A DNA stretch of 64,000 nt from Parcubacteria group bacterium (GCA_943357895.1 CALRGO010000003.1:15389-79388); one strand, 5' to 3'; positions 9,103-18,864 are shown, numbered from the stretch's first letter. Notes: generated by a model from the letters alone, not told the origin. Numbers and translations: made by a program.

Positions 9103-9106
9103 AAGA

Positions 9107-11212
9107 TTATTTCTTCCGGCCTTCGATGATAGCTAAGGCAACATTAGCAGGAACCTCATCATAATGATCGAATTCCATAGTAAATGAGGCTCTTCCCTGC
9201 GTTATAGAGCGGAGGGTTGTCGCGTACCCGAACATTTCGGAAAGCGGCACCTGCGAGTCAATAACCTTCGTGTTAAAGCGGTCGTTCATCGCCTCGATGC
9301 GGCCACGCTTGGAGCTGATGTCGCCTGTGATATCGCCCAAGAATTCCGTGGGCGCAATGACTTGGATTTTCATAATAGGCTCGAGTAAAATCGGCTTGGA
9401 GTTCTTAACACCCTCTTGGAAGCCCATAGAAGCGGCGATTTTGAAGGCAGCTTCAGACGAGTCCACATCGTGGTACGAGCCGTCGTAGAGCGTAACCTTC
9501 AAGTCCACAAGCGGGAAGCCGGCAACAACGCCACGCGTAACAGCCTCGTTAACGCCTTTCTCGACCGCTGGAATGAATTCGTTGGGGATCGATCCACCCT
9601 TGATTGCGTTCACGAAGAGGAAGCCCGCGCCGCGCTCCTGCGACTCAATCTTAAGCCGTACGTGGCCGTACTGGCCGCGACCGCCGGACTGCTTGATATA
9701 CTTACCCTCTGCTTCCGCGGAACCCTTAATAGTTTCCTTATAGGCTACCTGCGGGCGACCCATTTTTGCATCCACGTTAAATTCGCGGCGCATACGGTCT
9801 ACCAAAACGTCTAAGTGCAGTTCGCCCATGCCGGAGATAATAGTATCGCCGGTGTCAGGGTCGCCTGATACGCGGAACGTTGGGTCTTCTTCCGCCAAGC
9901 GGTGCAAGGCCATACCCATTCTTTCTTGGTCGGCTTTCGTTTTAGGCTCAACACGTGCGGAGATAACAGGCTCAGGGAAGTCGATCTTTTCTAATATCAA
10001 CGGCTTTTCAGGGTCGCAAAGCGTGTCGCCAGTCGAAGTATCTTTCAAGCCCACTAAACCGCCAATTTCTCCGGCGAAGATTTCGTCTATTTCTTCACGA
10101 TGGTTGGCGTGCAAGCGAATAATACGGCCAATGCGCTCCTGATGGCCTTTAGTGGAATTCAATACGTACGTACCTTTCTTGAGCGTGCCGGAATACACGC
10201 GGAAAAAGGTGAGCGCGCCCACGAACGGGTCGGCGGCGACTTTGAAAGCCAATGAGGCAAACGGCTCATCTTCTTTCGGATAGCGGAGTATTTCTGCGCC
10301 TGTTTCCATATCAATACCCTTTGTCGGCGGCAAGTCCTTTGGCGACGGCAAGTAATCAACGACGGCGTCGAGCACAAACTGCACACCCTTATTCTTTAAG
10401 GCGGAGCCGGTAACAACAGGGATTATTTTAAGCGCTAAAGTCGCTTTACGAAGTGCGGCTTTTAACTCAGCTACGGTTATTTCCTTCTTCTCAAAGAATT
10501 TGTTGAGCAATACGTCGTCTGTCTCAACAATCTTTTCGAGAAGCGCGTCATGCGCCATCTTAGCCTCTTCCTTCATGTTTTCGGGAATCTCGTGTTCCGT
10601 AATTATCTCCCCTTTCTCGCCCTCAAAATGGAAGGCTTTCATACGCAAAAGGTCGATTAAGCCCACGAAGTCGGCTTCGGCGCCGATCGGCAGCTGAATA
10701 GGAATTGCGTGCGGGTTAAGGCGGTCGCGGATAGACGCTAAGCTGTTTTCGAAGCTCGCGCCCATACGGTCGAGTTTGTTTAAAAAGCAGATGCGCGGCA
10801 CACCGTAGTCGTCAGCATAGTGCCAGTTCGTCTCCGTCTGCGGCTCTACACCAGAAACGGAGTCGAATACCACAACCGCACCGTCCAAAACGCGCAAAGA
10901 GCGCTTTACCTCAACGGTAAAGTCGATGTGGCCAGGGGTGTCGATGAGGTTTATGCGGTGTTCCGCCGTTTTATCGTCTTTGGCATATGTCGGCGTCCAA
11001 AAGCAGGTTGTTGCGGCGGCGGTAATGGTAATACCGCGCTCACGCTCTTGCTCCATCCAGTCCATTACCGTGGTGCCGTCGTGCACTTCACCAATTTTAT
11101 GCGAAACTCCCGTGTAAAATAAAATACGCTCGGAAACGGTTGTTTTTCCGGCGTCAATATGGGCAACGATGCCAATATCACGCACCTTTTCAATTGGGTA
11201 CTGCCGTGCCAT
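9107..11212 (-). CDS. fusA: Elongation factor G
   Basis: 701 aa with AHIDAGKTT P-loop and EF-G domains II-V. Confidence 0.97.
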   Translation of the reverse strand: MARQYPIEKVRDIGIVAHIDAGKTTVSERILFYTGVSHKIGEVHDGTTVMDWMEQERERGITITAAATTCFWTPTYAKDDKTAEHRINLIDTPGHIDFTVEVKRSLRVLDGAVVVFDSVSGVEPQTETNWHYADDYGVPRICFLNKLDRMGASFENSLASIRDRLNPHAIPIQLPIGAEADFVGLIDLLRMKAFHFEGEKGEIITEHEIPENMKEEAKMAHDALLEKIVETDDVLLNKFFEKKEITVAELKAALRKATLALKIIPVVTGSALKNKGVQFVLDAVVDYLPSPKDLPPTKGIDMETGAEILRYPKEDEPFASLAFKVAADPFVGALTFFRVYSGTLKKGTYVLNSTKGHQERIGRIIRLHANHREEIDEIFAGEIGGLVGLKDTSTGDTLCDPEKPLILEKIDFPEPVISARVEPKTKADQERMGMALHRLAEEDPTFRVSGDPDTGDTIISGMGELHLDVLVDRMRREFNVDAKMGRPQVAYKETIKGSAEAEGKYIKQSGGRGQYGHVRLKIESQERGAGFLFVNAIKGGSIPNEFIPAVEKGVNEAVTRGVVAGFPLVDLKVTLYDGSYHDVDSSEAAFKIAASMGFQEGVKNSKPILLEPIMKIQVIAPTEFLGDITGDISSKRGRIEAMNDRFNTKVIDSQVPLSEMFGYATTLRSITQGRASFTMEFDHYDEVPANVALAIIEGRKK

Positions 11213-11224
11213 GTATTCTTAAAC

Positions 11225-11692
11225 TTACCAGCCGAAGTGAGCAAATGCGCGATTCGCCTCTGCCATACGGTGCATGTCGAGCTTCTTTTTTACTGCCGTG
11301 CCTTCGTTGTTCGAGGCTGCAAAAAGTTCGTCCGCAAGCTTTTCAGCCATCGGCTTGCCCTTCTTGGCTGCTGCGGTAGCGATAATCCAACGGGCAGCTA
11401 ACATGTACTGCCGTTCGGGGCGCACGGGGCGCGGCACTTGGTAGTTAGCACCACCCACACGGCGACTTGCAACTTCAACAGCCGGCGAAATGTTCTCAAA
11501 AGCCTTTTCAAAAACCTCTACGGCGTTGCCCTTATGCTTCTTTTCGATGCGGTCAAACGCGTCGTACATAATCTTTTCGGCAACGGCTTTCTTACCGCCC
11601 TCCATTAAGTAGTTGATAAACCGGCCCACAGCAACATTCTGGTACTTGAGGTCTCCGGTATGTTCGCGTTTGTAATTACGTTTCTTTCTCAT
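11225..11692 (-). CDS. rpsG: 30S ribosomal protein S7
   Basis: 155 aa, conserved S7 sequence. Between rpsL and fusA. Confidence 0.92.
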   Translation of the reverse strand: MRKKRNYKREHTGDLKYQNVAVGRFINYLMEGGKKAVAEKIMYDAFDRIEKKHKGNAVEVFEKAFENISPAVEVASRRVGGANYQVPRPVRPERQYMLAARWIIATAAAKKGKPMAEKLADELFAASNNEGTAVKKKLDMHRMAEANRAFAHFGW

Positions 11693-11704
11693 GATATTTT
11701 AGGA

Positions 11705-12130
11705 TTATGCTGCTTTCTTGGCAGACGGGCGCTTTGCGCCGTACTTCGAGCGCTGTTGCTTACGATCCTTTACGCCGCTTGTGTCGAGTACGCCGCGGAT
11801 GATGTGGTAGCGCACACCTGGCAAGTCTTTAACCTTACCGCCACGGATAACGACTACGGAGTGTTCTTGCAAGTTATGGCCTTCGCCCGGAATGTAGGCG
11901 GTGACTTCGGTACCATTTGTAAGGCGGATACGCGCGACTTTACGGATAGCCGAGTTCGGCTTCTTAGGCGTCACCGTAAACACCTTCACGCATACGCCGC
12001 GTTTAAAAGGCGATACGGAATGAACCGGCTTGTTTAAGATGTTGTTGAAATACCGCAAAAGCGCGGGTGACTTAGACTTCACCTTTACGGACTTGCGTCC
12101 CTTGCGAACTAATTGTCGTGTCGTCGGCAT
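11705..12130 (-). CDS. rpsL: 30S ribosomal protein S12
   Basis: [13 protein letters not shown]... with the PNSA..K motif. A TTGCAA-N17-TACTAT promoter-like sequence ends 10 nt before the ATG. Confidence 0.92.
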   Translation of the reverse strand: MPTTRQLVRKGRKSVKVKSKSPALLRYFNNILNKPVHSVSPFKRGVCVKVFTVTPKKPNSAIRKVARIRLTNGTEVTAYIPGEGHNLQEHSVVVIRGGKVKDLPGVRYHIIRGVLDTSGVKDRKQQRSKYGAKRPSAKKAA

Positions 12131-12177
12131 GTAGGGTTTTATAGTAGCAAAGGACTAGCGGAATTGCAATATCAATT

Positions 12178-12870
12178 TTATGACGGGCAGGCGTATGCTT
12201 GGGCGGAGAGCTGTTTTACCTGCCCCACTGCATCACGGATGGAAAGAGGTATCCTCGTCGCCTCATAGCGCGGCGTCGCGACCCGTATTCCCCAGTACGA
12301 AGCATTACCCTCTACGCGCCTGAATTCAGAAACGTATCCGGGCGTCGTTATGGAATACGGCGGCTGACCGTCGGAAACCTTAACGACAATATAATCGTTT
12401 TTTAAATCAGCCTCGGCAGAATCCGCCGGGCAATTCCTAAAAACTATCCCAAAAAGTTCGGCTTTGAGCGTAAGCACGTACGCGGAAGAGCCACTCGGCC
12501 TGAAAACGGGCGTATTCGCGGCACCAATCTGCCTACCGAGCGCCCTAAGCCCGGCTAAGTATTGAGGAGTGCGCCAATTTAATTGCGAAGGAGTTGGCAC
12601 GATCGGCACTACCGGAGAAACAGGCGCGCCGTTTTGGGAATCACATTTCGTCGCCATGCAACGGTCTTTTGAAATAGCTTTAGAAACACATTCGTGATAA
12701 CGCGGATCGCTGCCGTCGTTAACGAAGTGACTTACAATACACTGCCCCGAATTCAACGGAAACGGATCCTGATTAAAAACGCGAGTCGTATTCATTTCTG
12801 GATAATCTATATGCGCGAACGCAATACCGAACGACCCTAATAATAAAACCAAAACAATTATTTTTTTCAT
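12178..12870 (-). CDS. Secreted hypothetical protein (signal peptide, Pro-rich linker)
   Basis: N-terminal signal peptide MKKIIVLVLLLGSFGIAFA. I recognise no domain. Confidence 0.6.
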   Translation of the reverse strand: MKKIIVLVLLLGSFGIAFAHIDYPEMNTTRVFNQDPFPLNSGQCIVSHFVNDGSDPRYHECVSKAISKDRCMATKCDSQNGAPVSPVVPIVPTPSQLNWRTPQYLAGLRALGRQIGAANTPVFRPSGSSAYVLTLKAELFGIVFRNCPADSAEADLKNDYIVVKVSDGQPPYSITTPGYVSEFRRVEGNASYWGIRVATPRYEATRIPLSIRDAVGQVKQLSAQAYACPS

Positions 12871-12896
12871 AGCATTATCAGTATAGCATTACCGCC

Positions 12897-13502
12897 CTAC
12901 GGCACGAGCACGCCATAAAGAATACCTACCACCATCTGCACCGCAGAAAGCCCGAAAAAGAGGAATGCTAAGAGTAAAACCATACTATTGCGCTCTATAA
13001 AGGAAATGATGGGCGAATAATGCGGTAAAAAAGCTGCAAGGATTTTTGAGCCGTCCAAGGGCGGAATAGGGACAAGGTTAAATATGGCGAGCATAAGGTT
13101 GATGAGGACTACGTATTGGAATGCCCCTGCCATCTGCGCGCCAATGGGGAGGGATGCAAGCATCCCCGCGAAAACGCAGGCTATAAGGATATTACTCGCC
13201 GGCCCTGCCCACGCGATAAGCCCCGCGCCGCTTTTAGGGTTCTTTAAGTTATTGGGATTGTACGGCACGGGCTTTGCCCAACCGATTATCACGGGCTGTA
13301 CACCAAAAAGGAGCGGGATCGAAAGCAGTAACGGCAGGACTACCGACCCCACGGGGTCGATATGACTTATCGGGTTCATCGTGAGCCGGCCCATGCGGTA
13401 CGCCGTCTCATCCCCTAACCAATAGGCAACCGCCCCGTGCGAAATCTCGTGCACGATTACAGAAACAATGAAAACCGCAAATTGGAAAATGATTATAGCC
13501 AT
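12897..13502 (-). CDS. Site-2 protease family (peptidase M50) membrane metalloprotease
   Basis: HEISHG (HExxH) inside the first TM helix and multiple TM segments. Confidence 0.75.
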   Translation of the reverse strand: MAIIIFQFAVFIVSVIVHEISHGAVAYWLGDETAYRMGRLTMNPISHIDPVGSVVLPLLLSIPLLFGVQPVIIGWAKPVPYNPNNLKNPKSGAGLIAWAGPASNILIACVFAGMLASLPIGAQMAGAFQYVVLINLMLAIFNLVPIPPLDGSKILAAFLPHYSPIISFIERNSMVLLLAFLFFGLSAVQMVVGILYGVLVP

Positions 13503-13524
13503 ATACTATCCAGTCTAACCTAAA

Positions 13525-13553
13525 TTGATTTTTAGAGCTTATATCAGTACTAT
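13525..13553 (+). promoter_or_regulatory. Candidate promoter TTGATT-N17-TACTAT for the small basic ORF
   Basis: Hexamers with a 17-nt spacer lie 55 nt upstream of the ATG at 13608. Confidence 0.4.
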
Positions 13554-13607
13554 TATGGCAGTACAATCAATATTTTCTCCTTTTTCGAAATAGAAGGCGA
13601 GATTTAC

Positions 13608-13772
13608 ATGGAAGGCACTGATTCTGCAGACATTCTTTCAAGACGGTACGAACAAGGAAAAATCGGAATCAAAGGAGATCTACAATCGAAGAAAAAACGA
13701 CGCGTAGCGAAACGAAAAAGAAATGCAAAGAAAAAGTCCGGGCGCTACCAATTGGCGCGCGCTAATTGGTAA
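13608..13772 (+). CDS. Candidate small highly basic protein (54 aa; MEGTDSADILSRRYEQGKIGIKGDLQSKKKRRVAKRKRNAKKKSGRYQLARANW)
   Basis: Below the ORF-track cutoff. GAAGG 10 nt upstream of the ATG, a promoter-like sequence upstream and a strong terminator directly downstream. Confidence 0.4.
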   Translation: MEGTDSADILSRRYEQGKIGIKGDLQSKKKRRVAKRKRNAKKKSGRYQLARANW

Positions 13773-13788
13773 TTATCCGTCATAAAAA

Positions 13789-13829
13789 GGCCGCTCCGAG
13801 AGATATCTCAGAGCGGCTCTTCTTTTTTT
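13789..13829. terminator. Bidirectional intrinsic terminator (shared by the small basic ORF and the livJ-like gene)
   Basis: AAAAA-ggccgctccgagag-atatc-tcagagcggc-TCTTCTTTTTTT. Confidence 0.65.
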
Positions 13830-13837
13830 ATATTCTA

Positions 13838-15052
13838 CTACTCCCTCACAGTCGTCGTTGCCGCATCCACTGCAACAGGCATCGCGTACAATTCCACTAT
13901 ACCGCCCTTAATGACTTTCAGTACATGGCCGCCTACGCGGTCGCCGTCGGCGCTAATCGTCACAGATCCGGAAGCGCCCTCCCAGTTAGTAACAGTCTTT
14001 AACCAATCGGCGATTTTTGCGCCGTCATTGCCCACGGCCATAAGCGCATCGCGGACAATATACACCGCGTCGTATTCCGTTTGTCCATAGCTCTGGAACG
14101 GCATATCGATACCATATTTTACCTTGTACGACGCGAGTAGATTCTGAAATTTCGCGTTATTTATGTCAGTTCCAAATTCAGCCACAAATGCACCCTCAAG
14201 AATTACTTTATTTGTCTCTAAGGTCTTTACATCACGAGCAACCACGTCATTCACAATAATACCCACCTTCCATTTAAGATCGCTGATCTGCTTTAAAATA
14301 CGATCTGCTGCGGCAGGCGTCTGCGCATTAACAAAAATCGCATCGGGCTTCATAGCCTTAAGCTTTGAAAGCATAGAACGGAAATTCGTCGTCGAAGTCG
14401 GGAATGATTCCTTTACGACTTTCTTGCCTCCCAACTGCTCAAATGCCGCTGAAAACGCGTTAAAAATACCAAGCGGGTAATCCAATTGCTCTTGAATCAT
14501 TACGACATTCTTCCATTTTTTGATAGTGTATGCGGCGTCAGCCAGCACTTTACCCTGCGCGGCATCGCTCGGGTAATTACGGCTAAAGAAACGGCTCTTA
14601 CCAGTTAAATCAGGCGAGCTAGAGGCCGGAGAAAAAAGCGCAACCTGACCGGCTTCAGCAACCGGAATTGCCGCAAGCGATTCGCTACTGCAAAAACCAC
14701 CGAGAATGACTTTTACTCCGTCTATAGTAACGAGTTTCTGCGCCGCGGCAGTCGCATCCTTGTCGTTACACTTCGCGTCTTCGTAAATCGGGATAAGTTG
14801 TGCGCCGTTCACACCGCCTGCGGCGTTAATTTCGCTAATAGCGAGATCCATAATGTTACGCATCGGCTCACCGTATGCGGCACTATCACCCGAAAGCGGC
14901 CCCATAAAACCGATCTTAATCGGCTCAGCGGGGACCACCGCCGCCGCTTCCTCTATTGGCATCGCCGGTTGGGATCCTAAGAGCGCGTACCCCGCCCACG
15001 CAACAACACCTAACACAACAACCCAAATAATCGCCTTAACGGTGGTATTCAT
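13838..15052 (-). CDS. ABC-transporter substrate-binding protein, branched-chain amino acid (LivJ/LivK-like, periplasmic binding protein type I)
   Basis: 404 aa with an N-terminal TM/signal anchor and type-I periplasmic binding protein fold motifs. No permease or ATPase partner genes nearby. Confidence 0.75.
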   Translation of the reverse strand: MNTTVKAIIWVVVLGVVAWAGYALLGSQPAMPIEEAAAVVPAEPIKIGFMGPLSGDSAAYGEPMRNIMDLAISEINAAGGVNGAQLIPIYEDAKCNDKDATAAAQKLVTIDGVKVILGGFCSSESLAAIPVAEAGQVALFSPASSSPDLTGKSRFFSRNYPSDAAQGKVLADAAYTIKKWKNVVMIQEQLDYPLGIFNAFSAAFEQLGGKKVVKESFPTSTTNFRSMLSKLKAMKPDAIFVNAQTPAAADRILKQISDLKWKVGIIVNDVVARDVKTLETNKVILEGAFVAEFGTDINNAKFQNLLASYKVKYGIDMPFQSYGQTEYDAVYIVRDALMAVGNDGAKIADWLKTVTNWEGASGSVTISADGDRVGGHVLKVIKGGIVELYAMPVAVDAATTTVRE

Positions 15053-15134
15053 ATGTATATTTTATAGTACAAGCGGAACCATAACCGTCAAGACTAGACG
15101 AAAGCAGAAAACAGTTTTAAATTAGGGACTTCCA

Positions 15135-15163
15135 TTGAAAGGAGGGCATAAAACGCATATACT
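15135..15163 (+). promoter_or_regulatory. Promoter for tRNA-Ser (TTGAAA-N17-TATACT)
   Basis: Near-consensus hexamers with an exact 17-nt spacer. The -10 ends 10 nt before the tRNA 5' end. Confidence 0.55.
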
Positions 15164-15173
15164 GTGAAAACAC

Positions 15174-15258
15174 GGAAGGGTCGCATAGAGGCCTAGTGCA
15201 CCATCTTGGAAAGGTGGCATACCGAAAGGTATCGAGAGTTCGAATCTCTCCCCTTCCG
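15174..15258 (+). tRNA. tRNA-Ser (anticodon GGA), class II with long variable arm
   Basis: Hand-folded. Perfect 7-bp acceptor stem GGAAGGG/CCCTTCC and a 3-bp D stem. Anticodon loop TTGGAAA (anticodon GGA). Variable-arm hairpin ATACC-GAAA-GGTAT. T arm GAGAG-TTCGAAT-CTCTC with discriminator G. No CCA is encoded. Confidence 0.85.
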
Positions 15259-15266
15259 CAAATAAT

Positions 15267-15299
15267 AAAACCCCTAGGAAAAGGGGTTTTATTATTTTT
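15267..15299 (+). terminator. Intrinsic terminator after tRNA-Ser
   Basis: cccct-aggaaa-agggg followed by TTTTATTATTTTT. Confidence 0.6.
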
Positions 15300-15372
15300 G
15301 GAGGAGAGATTCGAAATCGAGACTCGAAGAGCGAGACGACGTTGGAATTATCCCGCAGCGAAGCGAGGTTTG

Positions 15373-15449
15373 ATTTAAAAACTATCCCGAATGAAATGAG
15401 GTTTAAGTTTTTCAATCACGTCAGAAGGAAGTGAAACGATGATGACGAT
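15373..15449 (+). repeat. Conserved intergenic element, copy 1 (core GATTTAAAA..ATCCCGA..GAGGTTTAA..TTTTCAAT..GGAAG.GAA.CGA.GATGACGA); candidate sRNA or repeat
   Basis: ~75% identical over 77-78 nt to 32853-32930 in the same orientation. Bracketed by the tRNA terminator upstream and a plus-oriented terminator at 15639-15668. Confidence 0.5.
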
Positions 15450-15638
15450 TCAGCTTCGTTTACTCTCCCCTTCCGCTCATTTTTAATTACCCCCCGACCA
15501 GCAAGCTGGTTGGAATCAGCTAATTGAAAAAAATAAGCACGCATGATAACTTGTAATCAGTACCCATAAATATGGGGGGTGAGACCAGGAAGATTAGCTC
15601 CCCACACGTGCCACTACGTGATAGATCTTCCACCAACC

Positions 15639-15668
15639 CCGCCGAATTAATCGGCGGGTCTTTTTTTA
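15639..15668 (+). terminator. Plus-strand intrinsic terminator (cccgccga-attaa-tcggcggg + TCTTTTTTT)
   Basis: The U-tract is on the plus side only. The reverse complement lacks a T-run, so it does not look like the htpX terminator. Confidence 0.6.
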
Positions 15669-15674
15669 AATAAG

Positions 15675-16589
15675 TTACTTCCCCCGAAGCGCAGCAACCC
15701 GCTCCGCTACCGGCGGGTGGGTTAGGAAGAGCTTGGTGAACCACGGTATGCCTTTTTTGCCGTGACCTACGGCGTCGGCTTTGAACGGATTTTCGAACCA
15801 TAAGTGCGCTGTTGTGTTGCTTGCGGACTGGACTGCGTGCGGATCGGTAGAGATTTTTAATAATGCACTTGCGAGACCTTCGGGATAACGGGTAAGCAAG
15901 GCGCCCGAGGCGTCTGCTAAAAATTCCCGCTTGCGGGAAACTGCTAATTGGATAAGGGTTGCCGCTATGGGCAACAGGATGACGCCGACAATTGCCAAGA
16001 CGGCGACGATGCCATTCTTGGCGCCGTCCCGATCGCCCCTGCCACGCATACCACCCCACATAAACGAACGCATCGCCATATTACCGGCAATGGAAATAAT
16101 ACCCACAAGCACCACAACGACGGTCGAGACAAGCATGTCCCAGTTACCAATATGCGAAAGCTCGTGCGCGATAACGCCCTCGAGTTCTGTTTTAGTAAGC
16201 CGCTCTAAAAGGCCGGTAGTCACCGCAACCACTGCGTTTTTGGGGTTACGGCCCGTCGCAAAAGCATTAGGCGCGCTATCTTGCACGATATAAATCTTCG
16301 GCACCGGAAGCCCCGCGGTAATCGCCAAGTTTTCCACTATCGCATACAAGTCAGGCGCGGAACGGCGTTCTATAGGGCGCGCATTCGCCATGCTAAGCAC
16401 GATACGATCTGAATACCAATAACTTACAAAGCTCGTACCGACGCTCATCACAACCGCAATAACAAGAATCGCGGGATTATCAAAATAGATATTCAAGGCG
16501 TAGCCAAAGCCGATAACGATAACGAAAAAGACCGTGAGCAAACCCCACGTCTTTCGTATATTTGCGTCCTTATGCCCGTAGATGTCCAC
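15675..16589 (-). CDS. htpX: Protease HtpX (peptidase M48)
   Basis: HELSHI zinc motif, 4 TM segments, pairing with lemA. Confidence 0.85.
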   Translation of the reverse strand: MDIYGHKDANIRKTWGLLTVFFVIVIGFGYALNIYFDNPAILVIAVVMSVGTSFVSYWYSDRIVLSMANARPIERRSAPDLYAIVENLAITAGLPVPKIYIVQDSAPNAFATGRNPKNAVVAVTTGLLERLTKTELEGVIAHELSHIGNWDMLVSTVVVVLVGIISIAGNMAMRSFMWGGMRGRGDRDGAKNGIVAVLAIVGVILLPIAATLIQLAVSRKREFLADASGALLTRYPEGLASALLKISTDPHAVQSASNTTAHLWFENPFKADAVGHGKKGIPWFTKLFLTHPPVAERVAALRGK

Positions 16590-16590
16590 G

Positions 16591-17211
16591 TTAGAACTTC
16601 ACCGCTACCGGTGCGCGCTCCGCTTCGCTCAACCCTTCGAAAAATTTTCCTTCTTTAAAGCCGAATATGCCAGCAAGAATATTCGTAGGGAACGCGTGCA
16701 CCGCGCTATTTATTTCGAGCACCATTGAATTATAGAAACGGCGCGCGGCTTGGATCTTATTTTCAGTATCCGAAAGCTCGCGCTGGAGTTCGATAAAAGT
16801 CGTATTCGCTTTCAAGTCGGGATAATTTTCCGCGACTGCAAACAAAGACTTAAGCGTACCTGAAAGGGCGTTTTCGGCGCCTGCACGTTCTATGACATTA
16901 CCGCCTTGCGCAACACGCGCCCGCGCTTCCGTCACTTTTTCAAGCAAACTCGCTTCGTGCGATGCATAACCTTTTACCGTCGAAACGAAGTTAGGGATAA
17001 GGTCGAACCGGCGCTTCAACTGCACGTCGATATCCGACAACGCCTCGCGCACGCGGTTACGCAACCGCACGAGCGCGTTATACGACGTGACGCACCACAA
17101 AGCCGCCACAACTACAAGAATCGGGATATTAACGCTCCAGCTAATAGCGTCAAATAAACCACTTGCAACCAAAAGCACTACGACGACACCCCAAATAAAG
17201 TTCCAGATCAT
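16591..17211 (-). CDS. lemA: LemA family protein
   Basis: 206 aa with an N-terminal TM segment and a LemA-like sequence. Immediately upstream of htpX (conserved pair). Confidence 0.8.
   Translation of the reverse strand: MIWNFIWGVVVVLLVASGLFDAISWSVNIPILVVVAALWCVTSYNALVRLRNRVREALSDIDVQLKRRFDLIPNFVSTVKGYASHEASLLEKVTEARARVAQGGNVIERAGAENALSGTLKSLFAVAENYPDLKANTTFIELQRELSDTENKIQAARRFYNSMVLEINSAVHAFPTNILAGIFGFKEGKFFEGLSEAERAPVAVKF

Positions 17212-18864
<1,653 letters not shown>

Noticed and set aside
15122-15415. 97-aa minus-strand ORF
   Set aside because: It overlaps the well-folding tRNA-Ser gene, its terminator and the conserved intergenic element. No independent coding signals.
15373-15449. 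Possible SRP RNA (ffs) call based on GGAAG...GATGACG similarity to 4.5S RNA domain IV
   Set aside because: The two paralogous copies do not support a common domain-IV hairpin (no consistent GNRA loop or closing pairs), and two ffs copies would be unusual. Left as an unclassified candidate ncRNA or repeat, pending cmscan.
15520-16059. 179-aa minus-strand ORF overlapping htpX in another frame
   Set aside because: The HtpX frame carries the HELSHI motif and TM helices. This alternative frame is Arg-rich low complexity.
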